A DNA stretch of 64,000 bases from Euprymna scolopes (lineage: Eukaryota), in assembly GCA_053919585.1 (NCBI GenBank), contig CM132786.1. The stretch is one strand, 5' to 3'. Positions 40,573 to 52,529 of this stretch are shown piece after piece. The notes beneath the pieces were generated by a model, which saw only the letters and a list, made by a program, of their open reading frames with translations, did not search any database and was not told the DNA's origin. Made by a program: the position numbers and the translations under genes. Positions within the stretch are counted from its first letter, which is position 1. Every line of letters begins with the position of its first letter.

Positions 40573-41985
40573 TAGTACAGACCAATAAGTCTTCTGTGTG
40601 TCATGAGTAAGTTGCTGGAATCCATATTAAATAAAGAAATAGTCAAAGACCTCAGCAAAAAAAACCTTCTTAGTGACACGCAGTATGGGTTCCATTCTGC
40701 AAGATTAACCGCAGATTCGCTTACGGTTATATCTCATAGGATTAGCGAATCTCTTGACAAAGGTAACCTTTTTAGGGCAATTGCTCTTGACATATAAAAG
40801 GACTTCGACAAGGTATGTCATAAAGGTCTACTTCACAAGATTTCCAACTACGGTATAACTGGAAACGTTTTCTCAATCATTAAATCATTTCTCTCTGATG
40901 AGCTCATAAGAATAGTGGTCGATGGATAAAACTCAGAGGCCTGCAGTATTAATGCTGGAATCCCTCAGTGGTCAATCCTGGGCCCACATCTCTTCCTGAT
41001 CTACATCAATGATCTCCCTAAACACACACTTAAATTATCCGTTGACATCTATGCTTATGGCACGACCATCTACGGCAACACATCAAAGGCTGTAAATTAC
41101 AAAGTTCTCTCTGATTCTCTCTCCTCTGATCTCGAGCAGGTGGTTCAGTGGGGGATGACGTGGTTGGTTACCTTTAATGCATCTAAAACCAAGCTCCTAT
41201 CTTTACATCATGAAAGCTCTCATCCCATCTGGCATCAATTTAAATGGACGGATCTCGTTTAGGGGAAACACCATGTTTTGACAAGCTTCTGGACTTGACC
41301 TTTACTCCTGATCTGAAATGGAGCACGCACATCAAGTCTGTTTCCAAGGTCTCTGAAAATATGGTGGGATCCTTCTTCCGCCCCAGAAGATATATCATTA
41401 CTGATGCAATATTCTATCAATATAAACTCCAAGTACGTCCAAGGAGGGAATACTGCTGCCATATCTGGGTAGGAGCTGCTAAAACAGCCTATTCTGCCTT
41501 GACAGAATACAACTTAGACTTCGTGGCTTAGTGGGGGATGCCCTTTTCTCTACCCTGCATCCTCTCTCCCACAGAAAAGACGTTGCGAGCCTATCATTAT
41601 TTCATATTTATTTCCATTGCTAGTGCTCGTCTGAGCTCCAGGCTCTGGTACCCTCTCTAATCTTTTACGAAAAACACCCGTCTAAGTGAAACCACTGTCA
41701 AAAATATCCCCCACTCTTTATCTGTGCCTATATCAAAACGTAGATTCCATGAACAAAGCTTCTTTCTTAGAACTGCACGCCCATGGAACTCTGTTCCGCC
41801 TGCCTGCTTACCACCGGACTATAACCTGCATGTCTTCAAGTCCAATGTAAACAAATTCCTGATGCACCGCCTCCTTCAGTAGACAGTTTATTATATCTCC
41901 ACACTAACGTACTGTACATGCAATAACCCTCATCCTTGAGTGGCTTCCGCATCTTGATAAGTAGTGACTACTTTGTGAAAAAATA
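40573..41985 (+). mobile_element. CR1-Zenon-like LINE 3' fragment (RT to tail)
   Basis: Starts at YRPISLL; ALDI*KDFDKV, GIPQWSILGP, catalytic motif mutated to YAYG, YKLQVRPRREYCCHIWVGA; family 3' UTR and A-rich tail at ~41978-41985. Confidence 0.93.
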
Positions 41986-42970
41986 ATGAAAAGTAAAATA
42001 TGCAACTCTTTTGGGTAACAAAGTCATAAAGCAAGCCTGACTTCAGTTCGGACGAGAAGTAGATTTTGAGGAGGGTGTATCGGGATAGAAATTTATCGGA
42101 GCAGTAAAAATAATCATATGAAAAAGATTCACCCCGTAATTTTGAACGCCCATCATTTTATTTTAAATAATTGTCCGTCCATTAACTGCTGCAAACACAT
42201 TTTAATATGATGATTGGCATTACAAAAAAAAAAAAAACAGTACAAATCCGTGCCCATTTTTCAAATATCTCGGCTTTATATTTACAGGGAAAATGTATTG
42301 GAACAAGTAGATTGACATGTTACTAAAACACAGGTCGCCCCTTTTCGCCATGATATAAAATTATTCGCACCGGAGACAAACAAATATGTATTATAAATAC
42401 ACCATTTCCCCATGCAAGTTTTGTTGACCAAACTAGACCAGTACACCATCTGAAAGGCGAAGATTCGTATAGAGGATCCAAAAAGAGTTCCAAATCTGTA
42501 GATCTAGTGCAAACTTCTGTTCTATCATCGCAATGTCGTGTCGCTGCATATATTTTTCAAGAATTTAATCGAATATATTCTGATGAACTGATAATTCTTA
42601 TTGTCTCTACACTGCTTAGAATCTTGATAAGGGAGGGAAATTTTAAACAAGTAATGTAAAAACTTTGTTTCTAACTGTTACTGCTGATTGCTGTTTTTGT
42701 ATTTGAGATTAAGTTTTGATTACTATCTATTTGGACAACCATTTTTCCGATAGTTTAACCGTGTTAATCGCATATTGGAAATTAGCAATATATCAATATT
42801 TCCCTAAATCTACGTCACATAAAATGAAAATTATACCAGCAAAGGACTTCTTTAAGGTTAGTTATTTCGCAGAATGGTATTCAAATTCATACGATATTCA
42901 CGAAATTATAGCATTTTATTCATTATCAAGGAAATTATACTGCCAATCGCTCTATAGCAGCTATCTTACA

Positions 42971-43855
42971 ATGCCAAACACCAGGCGAGTAAAGGTTATT
43001 GAAAAGGAAATGTTAGTTGCTGAACTCGCAAAAGGATTGCCCATCAAACATCTTGCCACGGAGCTGGAAGGAAGATCAATTTTTCTTGGCTTCATTCTTA
43101 AACAACCCGAACAGTAAATCCAGACAAATGAAGGCAACATGGGAAATCATTTAGATTGTGATGATCGGAAGATTCGCAGAGAAGTCAACACAACCAAAAA
43201 CAGCTCCACTGATTTCGTATTTGAAAAATCTGGAATCGCTCCTAGATCCAAGCTTGACCTATTCAATGTAATAAATGAGATTGCAAGGAACATCAACCCT
43301 ACTCTATTGAGCAAACAATGTAATGGAAATTGAATTGCTTGGAGACAGAATTACATTTTTAGGGATAAGGTCAATGCTACCATTGACGGTCTGGTTAGAT
43401 GGATCAAAGTTTGCAACCCGACAGAAACTCCGACCCGTTACAGAGTTCATCGCAATGCGGACATGCCCTTTTTGGATAAGCAGTTTTCGACATGGCTATA
43501 TTACTTACACTTGTCACTTTGCTTTACGACAATTTTTTATTCATGACAATGCACAATAACACTCTGTTTGGGGCGACTGAAGCCTTCCTTGAATCTATGG
43601 GATTCCTTGGGAAAACTCTCATGAGCTGACTACTGTTTCTTCCAGACCATAAGCCCGTTGAATATATTTGGTCAATATTAAAAAGAGCAGTATATGTTGA
43701 AGAAGAACAGTTTAATTAAAAGATGCGTTATGGAGAAACATAGTTCATGTTGCTAGAGCCATAACTCCTTTTATGATCAAACAATTGATTCCTCGTGAGA
43801 TAAAATGTTGTTTTAAGTTATTTAAAAAAAATGGTGTATATGTCAATAAATAATA
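42971..43855 (+). mobile_element. Tc1/mariner transposase pseudogene
   Basis: HTH-like N-terminus EKEMLVAELAKGLPIKHLATEL, HDNA at ~43542, and PDHKPVEYIWSILKRAVY (SPDLNPIENxW motif); frameshifts and deletions. TIRs not convincingly found. Confidence 0.85.
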
Positions 43856-44529
43856 AGTTTATATGAGGCTTATACGTAGGATCCTCTTTTTTTATGTTTC
43901 TTTGAGAGAGAAATACAATACAAATAACATTCGCAGGAAATGGTATCGAACTTTTGCCTCAAAACATCATTTTAAGAGATCTGCAATAAAGCGGTGGACA
44001 ACGGAAATTCCTCGATAAAATAATAAAATGTCATTAGTTCGTGAATATCGCATGAATTTCAATAAAAATTTGGGAAATAACTAAATGAAAAGCAGTCATT
44101 TGGTGATATCATTTTCACTTTGCTGTGACATATATTTAGTAAAATATTGATATTTACTTATCTGCAATAAAGCGATTGGCGCGGTTTATTTCCCTAAGGA
44201 ATTCTATAAAATAATATTAGACACTTACGAGATTAATCACATGACTTTTGTTAAAGTCATTAAGTGGCAGTGTTTCTTTGAAATGAATTTTGAAAAACCG
44301 ATGATTTAAGTTTCCTCCTTAACTTCCCATGAACTGCTGGTAAAATGCATATAACAGAACGTAAATCTAAATCCTTGATATGTTGTCACATAGATTATAA
44401 TAGATGGAATATGGGCATCAAAGACAAAATTCCAATCGGAGAATTAAAAAAAAAAAACTTCATGTTGAAGAAAATTGTGGAGGTGCAGGCAATGTAAAAA
44501 TTGACCTACAAAAAAAAATGTTCATCTCT

Positions 44530-45310
44530 GCTGTATAGTGCGGAGCAAATTAGTTAATGTGGTTACTTTTTTTTCTTTTTTAACGATTATATTATGTAGA
44601 GAGCGTCGACAATAGGTTAATGTGTTACGTTTGTTGTTTTCTTCTGCAACACCTATCGATTCACACGTTTAATATCGTTTCGTTTTGTCTTTGTTTTTTT
44701 ATGCAGGATGATTTCAATATAATGAGTGCGGCGACAATCAATTATTAGGTTATATTTCGTTGTTTTTGCTAGCGACACCGATCGGTAAATATATTAAATT
44801 GTGTGTATGTTTTTTTTCGGCATGATTTTAAGCTATAGGATGCTACAACAATCAGTGTATATGCTTAATATCCTTTGTTTTTTTTCGATGGTAATATGTA
44901 GAAAGCGAGGAGCATCGGTTGATATATTTATGTTTCTTTGTTTTTTTTTCCATATAGTAGTATTACATAAAGTGAACTAAATCGGCTAATATGTTGAGTT
45001 CTTTAGTTTCTTTTTCGGCGACACCAATCGGTTAACATGTTTAATTTTGTTTTTACTTTCAGCACGATAGTCGGTTAATATGTTTAATTTTGATTGCTTT
45101 TTGTCAGCATGCTTGTAATATGCAGAGAGCAAAGATGAAAGGTTTTGATGTGTTATTTGGTGTGTTTACCGACGCCAATCGGTAAATATACCCATTTTTT
45201 TATTTTTCAGCACAAGAATAATATGTAAAGAGCAACGACAATCGGTTCATATGTATACTTTAGTTAGTTTCTTACCATTATTTTATTCTGTAGAAAACCG
45301 AGTATATTAT
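44530..45310 (+). repeat. Degenerate minisatellite, ~13-14 units with core AATCGGTTAATATGTT + T-rich spacer
   Basis: Core variants near 44548, 44611, 44654, 44736, 44780, 44850, 44913, 44979, 45025, 45068, 45138, 45177, 45240. Confidence 0.85.
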
Positions 45311-48300
45311 TTTTTAACGTTTATTTATTTATTGTATGAGAGGATTCTAATAATGTATCAGCCAATCCAAATAGTAGAATTTGAAAGGAGAGAATTTATT
45401 ATTTTTTAATCTGATAATGTAAATACTATGTTATGTGTTTGTATAATTAACCAATTAATTGCAGGTTTAGCGCAGTGGTGTTGGAAAATATGGAATTTGG
45501 TCCGGTTTGAACTGGTAGCGAAGGGAGCACAAAGTATTGAGAGAGAAAAATAATAACTCCTTTTTCTGTATATGTGGCGGTGGTGATGCTGTTGCTCATT
45601 AGATGCAAGATAGCATTTTATTATCCCGGGTGAATGTGGAGGAAATTAAAATCGTAAGCTACATAATACATTGCTGTCAGGTTTGATGTATTGAATGTTT
45701 ATGTTGCATATGTTTTTTTCACATCTCTGATACTATTGTCCAGAAGGGAATTTCGGCAATCAAATATATAATATAGATATTAGTAATTTTATTAGCATTT
45801 CATATAAGTGATATTATTAGTGTTGTATTTGCAGTTATATTATTAGTTAAGGGAAGTTAATATGTACTAGATAAATAGCCCAATATTATTGTAAAGTGTT
45901 TGTATTTATGAGGGTGAAACTTTTATTCAGGGAAGGGCATGTGTATTTGTATAGAATTGCTTCACCACGAACACTTATTATTGTTTGTTGCTTAATTCAT
46001 CTTTCCGTATTCAATGTACACCACTGCATTATATTTATGTGCATCGCTCTCATAGTTACTTTGATGCTTTAAGAAAGTACTCCTGGCACAATATTGCTCC
46101 TGACAGAAAACGTATATTATTATTTCATTTACGTATACATTCGGATAATTATTATTGTATTTTAAACATAGCTATTTAAGATGCTACATCTGTCTATTAT
46201 ATTTACAAATTAATGCACACGTATTAAACGTGTCTTCTACCACTGCAATTAGCCCGTTATTTAAGTAGCTGACATAAAATATATATTCACAGAGTGCATG
46301 ATCGCGCCATATTGAGCATATTATAGCAAAAAGTGCATTCTTTGTTGAATTATAAACTTTTCGACAATGGTAGCAGTAAACGTGATTTAAAAAACACCTG
46401 GACTTTACATTTGCAGAATTATGTTTATTTTAATATTTAACATGAATTGTTGGACCCATCTGAATATTGACCTGTGTCTTATGTTGAGGAAATCGTTTTT
46501 TGAGATAAAATATAGTAGAATTTTATCGAAAAAAAATATTATTCATTTTCGATTGGAATACCGTATGTCTAATAATTGTTCGTAAACTGAAACCAAGGGA
46601 GGAAAATGCGCATCAAGCGACCATATATATTCTCTGTATACCGGCATCAATATCATCGCAAGATAAAATATATGTTAATTTCGTACTAGTTGGTTAAATG
46701 TTCATCAGACTTATGAGATCATTTGTCATCAGTAACTTTCAAGATTCGAATACCTTTTGATGTACTCATGTAAAACGGATACTTAATCCTAACCCTATGC
46801 GAGATTGCTCATGTTTTAACCTTATATCTACTTCAGAAGCTACATATCGTTTTATGTCAATGTTTTGTTTTACTATTAAGCAATTTCACAATTGTAAACA
46901 TGTTAAATATTATTTCTCTAAGTTATCAGTCGGCAAATATATATTGCTTCCAATAGTATAACAAGATTATTTTAGATAATCCTTTCACGTAATATAGTGC
47001 TGTCATTATAGCCAATATGTTTACATAAGTAGTTTTCATTAGTTTCATTATTTTAAAAATATGTTCTGTATTAAATATGGCATGCACTTTCCATATCTTA
47101 ATGGTTGATCTATTAGATATATTTGATATTTAGCAAAATATTATCACATTTGCATTGGCAAAGAAGCCTGTGTTGTCGTACAAATTTAAAAAAAAAATTA
47201 ATATAATCAATTGCCCTACTATTTTTCAATATGAAAAGAATTCGCTGATGTTATGCTAGAATACAATGTATTAATTTAAAATATGCCTTTTTAATATAGC
47301 TGTAAAGTATAGGAGTCATTACAAAGTTATTAAAATGATCGCTTTTTTCCCCGCCGGCGAAACAGAAATATTCGCTATCATTATTAAAAATTATATTTGC
47401 TATATCTGTGTCATTACTGTGGCTATGATAACAGAACATTATTTTCATTATGTTGACTCTTGAGTATATATCTAAAGGAGTTAGACATATTTTATCAACC
47501 TAGAACAACATATCTCTATATAAAACCATATACGATATAAACAGATAAACACACAAGAGTAACGCTGGCCATTACATTGGTACGTTTGTTCATATTTTCG
47601 GCTCGCTGTCATGAAATATGTTGTTCCTCATTTTCACAGTAAGCGTATTTGGAATTTCCTGCTCCTTTCTTACTTTTGTGTTATCTAAAAAATTATCGCA
47701 CTGATTATTTTGGTTCTTGGATATTTCTGTTTAACAATATTTTCCAGAATCATTAGTTTCTAAGTAGCCTACTAAAATTATTGTGCTATAATTTACACAC
47801 TATTACAAAATATGTGTTTAATAACCGCTTCTCATTTCTACGTTATCCAATATGCAGTTGTTATTACTTGATCTTCATTAATGAATTGTAGTTGCTTTAT
47901 AACTGGTAGAAGCAGGAATAGCAGAAGTAGCACATTTGTTAAAATGCGGTAGTAGTACATGCAATAGAAGTAAACTTGACCAGTAAATTGCTTTGACGTA
48001 GTACAGATCTTATCAGATATTTAGAGTACGATTTCTCACTTTAAATCACGTATCATACATGAATGGTATAAGGTACACATCTATAAGCATTAAATTAACC
48101 ATAACATTTTTGTGCCACCATAAAAATGAAATTAATCTACTTATGTATCTAACACATATGTAACCAGCCGTCTATAAAAAATAAGTGATAAACTGTGTTG
48201 TTCAATCTGTAATAAATTATTATGTCGTAGTATACACATTAGTAATTTAGTTAATAGTTTAGTTAATAGGTACCAAGTGTGATCAGATATAACGTATTAA

Positions 48301-50084
48301 GATTGTCGTTGTATTTTAACCTCATGTGGCAAGTGATTAACCATCTTACAAATGCCACCATGAATCTGGTTCAGACACAATGAAATCCGGCCGATTATCT
48401 CTTCTCGTATCGATCTTCTGTCTTGGAACTTTGAATTTACAATTGGATGAGAGATGCTCACAAAACTGGCAGTATATATAAATATGGACAAGCGACTGTC
48501 AGAACAAGCGTTGCATGCACTAAGCCGTTCTACACAAAACACGTCTCATTGATTTCGTGTAGCAGTGGAAAGCAGAACAACCACGTAAGTACACGATCAA
48601 TTCACTTACAGCGAAATCTCAAGACGCCATCATTTTTTCGTTAGTTTATCTTTCACAAAGTCGAGTTTACATGGACAAATATAAGACAAATAAGACCGAA
48701 AAATAAGAGGTCAGATACAGATGTGTCAATGAAAAAATTCCTTTTCTATATACTAAGTGATTGCCGTGAAGAGCTCAGAGGCAAATGTAAAGAAGGAGTC
48801 AAGAAGTATGTTGTATTTTTTTTGGATAGCTAATACTTCATATATTATAATATTTCAGTTGGGGCTAAAATTAGTGTCATCTTATAAAGGTAGTTGTCAA
48901 TATATAAATATATACATATATGTACATATACACACATATCTATACACATGATTTTCAGAATGTGAGAGATTGTATATAATTAATTCCACAACCAAACAAC
49001 GTCGCAGCCCATAAGTGACATGACAGTCAAAGAACTGGAAGTCCAAGACTCGAGTTTCACCCTCGTGCAAGGGCTAGGGTTTCGAAGACAGGGGGAGAGA
49101 GACAGGGACAGAGTGAAAGAGAGAATAGTTTAAATAGACAGAAACTAAAATTGCATGAGGAAATTTACATTATCAATGCAATACAGTTTATATGTAACTT
49201 AACTTTTTATCTTTTAACTTATTCTATTTTCGCTTCTTAATATCGTGTAATGCTATTTATCCGGACAGTTTCACATTATCACATAACATTATTTGNNNNN
49301 NNNNNNNNNNNNNNNNNNNNNNNNNNNNNNNNNNNNNNNNNNNNNNNNNNNNNNNNNNNNNNNNNNNNNNNNNNNNNNNNNNNNNNNNNNNNNNNNNNNN
49401 NNNNNNNNNNNNNNNNNNNNNNNNNNNNNNNNNNNNNNNNNNNNNNNNNNNNNNNNNNTAGGTAACTATAACAATGACACAGAAAACAGCATTTTAGTAG
49501 TAGTTTAGCATAATATGCAGCATTATGTATTCCTTACAAATTGTATGTTTAATAGCAATACATTTGTATGAAACACATCCTGGTTTAATAATAGGTTGAA
49601 ACATAAATATAAAGCCTCCCGAATAAATAGGCAGAAATTGTAACAAATTCATGAAATAAGAGCACTTTATGGACGTAATAAGTAACTCGCAAATACTTAT
49701 ATTAGGTATGATAAGTTGGAGTTGCAGTAGATGCGAATCCTTATGTATTCATCAGATTTAAAAAAAAAGTACGTTTATGCTAAAACAAATCGTATAAATT
49801 ATTAATTGTAAAGACGACATGCATATTTGTAAAACACTTACTCCAGAAATTATGGAATTATGTTACATATAATATACCCATATCAAATCATTAAATCATT
49901 CCGAGGTAGCAGCAGAGTTACCCTCAGTAATAGTACATACTCATTATCTTAAATAAAACGACAACAGTACTTCAAGTCCCATATCAGTTTTGAAATGTAG
50001 GTCAGTTAGGTAATGTTTTTCTTATATATTGAAACAAATTGTTGGTAAAAATTAAAAAAAGAACATTCCCGTAAACAGAGCATT

Positions 50085-50431
50085 CGTGTTCGTCCTTCGA
50101 ATACGAAGATGACCATGCCATCAGTGAGTAGAATTATTGTTTTTGTGCTTCTGGAGACGACTTGTAAGGCCGATCCGGGCATGGAAGGCTCTCCCATAAG
50201 TTATACAGTGGTTAGCCGGTGTAGTGGGGATAGAGCTTGTTGGTCTGGCTTTGCGGATATCACGCTTCTGTTCTGATTTGAGAGTTCTTCTCTCATCAGC
50301 TGTTTCAGCTACTTTGTTGATGAGGTGACGCCAGTGAGGTCGGTCTGATGCAAGCGATTAACAGGACTCAACACTGACGTTGAAGGCTTTGAGGGAGACT
50401 GTGAGGTTGTCCTTAAAGCGTTTTCTTTTGG
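50085..50431 (-). mobile_element. RTE-BovB-like LINE 3' end
   Basis: KRKRFKDNLTVSLKAFNVSVESC*SLASDRPHWRHLINK...CITYGRAFHARIGLTSRLQKH matches the RTE/BovB C-terminus with a decayed C2H2 finger; short 3' UTR ending in GACGAACACGAA. Confidence 0.88.
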
Positions 50432-50574
50432 TAAACAGAGCATACTCATATAAGAAATCACTTGTAGGCTAGTAACGTTTCCAAAATGTAATGTTTATTT
50501 TTCTTTGCTAAGAACATGCAATTTGGCATTGTGAAAATAGTTTTCATAGTTTCTACGGTTATTATTCTCTGATT

Positions 50575-50691
50575 TATAGACGTCATAGTCACGTTTGACA
50601 TACCGATCCCCGTCAAATCACCGAAGTTAAGCAAGGATGAGTAATGTGCGTACAAAATGGGTTACAATTTGGGATTCCAGGTGATGTATCT
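50575..50691 (+). pseudogene. 5S rRNA-derived sequence (pseudogene or SINE3 head)
   Basis: Colinear with metazoan 5S: CATA..CACGTT..ACCG..CGTC..ATCACCGAAGTTAAGCAA (box A region)...GTAC..ATGGGTTAC (box C-like)...TGGGA.TCC.GGTG.TGTA. Many substitutions and no oligo-T terminator. Confidence 0.8.
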
Positions 50692-52471
50692 GCTCTCGGG
50701 TTATATCGGCATTGTTTCCAGTCGTCATGTGCTTCTGCTTAACACTGGACTGAAGCAGTGCCGATTCAGAAGAGGTTGGGTCAGCTGCTTTTACCAGAAT
50801 TGTGATAACAGAAAACCTTGTTTCGTACCGTGCACAGATCAGTAAATGTGGCCCTTCATAATAGGGCGATATATTACATCTTCACTTACTTCGTAATACA
50901 CAGTCAAATTTAATATCAGTTGACTGCGCGGATGCATCATTGATGTATTTATCAAATAAACAGAACTCTTCAGACGATTCATAATTCAGTTTTGTATATG
51001 CAATACATAATGTGCATATTGGTATTTTAGAAACAATAGCATCCAATACAACATATTAGTCTATACTATGTGTCTAATTGAATAAAATGACAACTAAAAG
51101 GATGGAAAAAATAGAATTCTCACGCTTCAACATAATAAGGCATTGTGTCAAAGCCAGATAGGAATTATACCGTTATACTATAAATAACGTTAATTAATGT
51201 ATTACCTGATTACATGAAATAGAATTAGCGTGTAAATGAAATGACTCAAAAATGATATGTAATATTGGAAACATGGCATATTTAGAGACCAAATGAAATT
51301 AAAACTTTAAATAGATATAATATTGTTAGAAGCGTCGGAATTATTATATATCACTATATTTAATTATGCAAATAAACACAGTATTTACGAAAATTAACGA
51401 AAATGCTATATTTTATAAGTTATCATTCTACTTATTCAATGATATACATTAAGAAATTATGAGTCGATATACATGAAACCACATACGCGTTGGGTTATGC
51501 ATACATACTTTAAATGCCTACTTTTTTATTTAATCGAAGTTGTATTTGTATTTCTTGCTAGAAGTATAATTATACACATAAATCTATAAAATAATCCGAA
51601 TAAACATAAGACAGACGGAAAATTCTTAAATTATTACATTTTACAATGAAGTAAGTAAAGAGTGTCCAGAAATACGCAAATCACAACTATTCGCATGAGT
51701 AAAAATATATTTTAACAAAATTATTTATTTGAAGGAAAAAAAAAAACAATGTAACAGCTATTGATGCGACAGAATTTCTGCATTTTCATATTCAATGGAC
51801 AATCATTAAACCTTATAGCTTTTACCAAAAATGTATTATATTAAGATAATTTGGGTTAATAACAAATTATTTTGCTTGCGTGCATATAAAATTCATCAAC
51901 TGTAATATAGTAGGTACTATATACTGGCAACTACATTAAACCTCCTACTTTTGTGGCATTCGACCACAGAATTAAAGTTAGTGTGTAAGAATGCAATCTC
52001 ATCAAATTAAAGTACGTCACCGTTTTANNNNNNNNNNNNNNNNNNNNNNNNNNNNNNNNNNNNNNNNNNNNNNNNNNNNNNNNNNNNNNNNNNNNNNNNN
52101 NNNNNNNNNNNNNNNNNNNNNNNNNNNNNNNNNNNNNNNNNNNNNNNNNNNNNNNNNNNNNNNNNNNNNNNNNNNNNNNNAGCAAATTAACTGGAAACTG
52201 TTATCATAGGTCTTACAGAATATTGTCTGCATTAATATTCTATAAATATTTACATTTACCGGACTCATTATATAAACAAGGAAGACACCAGGAAAGTATG
52301 CCTACTTAGGATTGTTACCGTGTTCCCTGAATTACTCAAAATACAGATTGGATCCCATTACCCTACTGCTACAAAAGACTTTCACTTCGGATATTACCCT
52401 GCAAATTAGTTGTAAAATTCAATATCATTTTCATTTACTTCCCGTAGCCAATGATACCTATATGCTTTAAC

Positions 52472-52475
<4 letters not shown>

Positions 52476-52526
<51 letters not shown>
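52476..52526. repeat. (TA)n microsatellite abutting a LINE 3' end
   Basis: Direct reading. Confidence 0.97.

Positions 52527-52529
<3 letters not shown>

Noticed and set aside
37250-41985. Simple twin-priming (5'-inverted) LINE insertion
   Set aside because: 1.9 kb of an unrelated CR1 lies between the two Zenon fragments, which twin priming would not produce.
42606-43900. Tc1 terminal inverted repeats (TACACTGCTTAGAATC at ~42607)
   Set aside because: No adequate reverse-complement partner was found at the right end.
44530-45310. CRISPR array
   Set aside because: Eukaryotic context, degenerate repeats, mutually similar T-rich spacers of variable length, and no cas genes.
48297-48644. Possible REL-endonuclease LINE remnant (DNRPDFIV on the minus strand) or host exon
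   Set aside because: A single short motif with no recognisable zinc knuckle or RT context.
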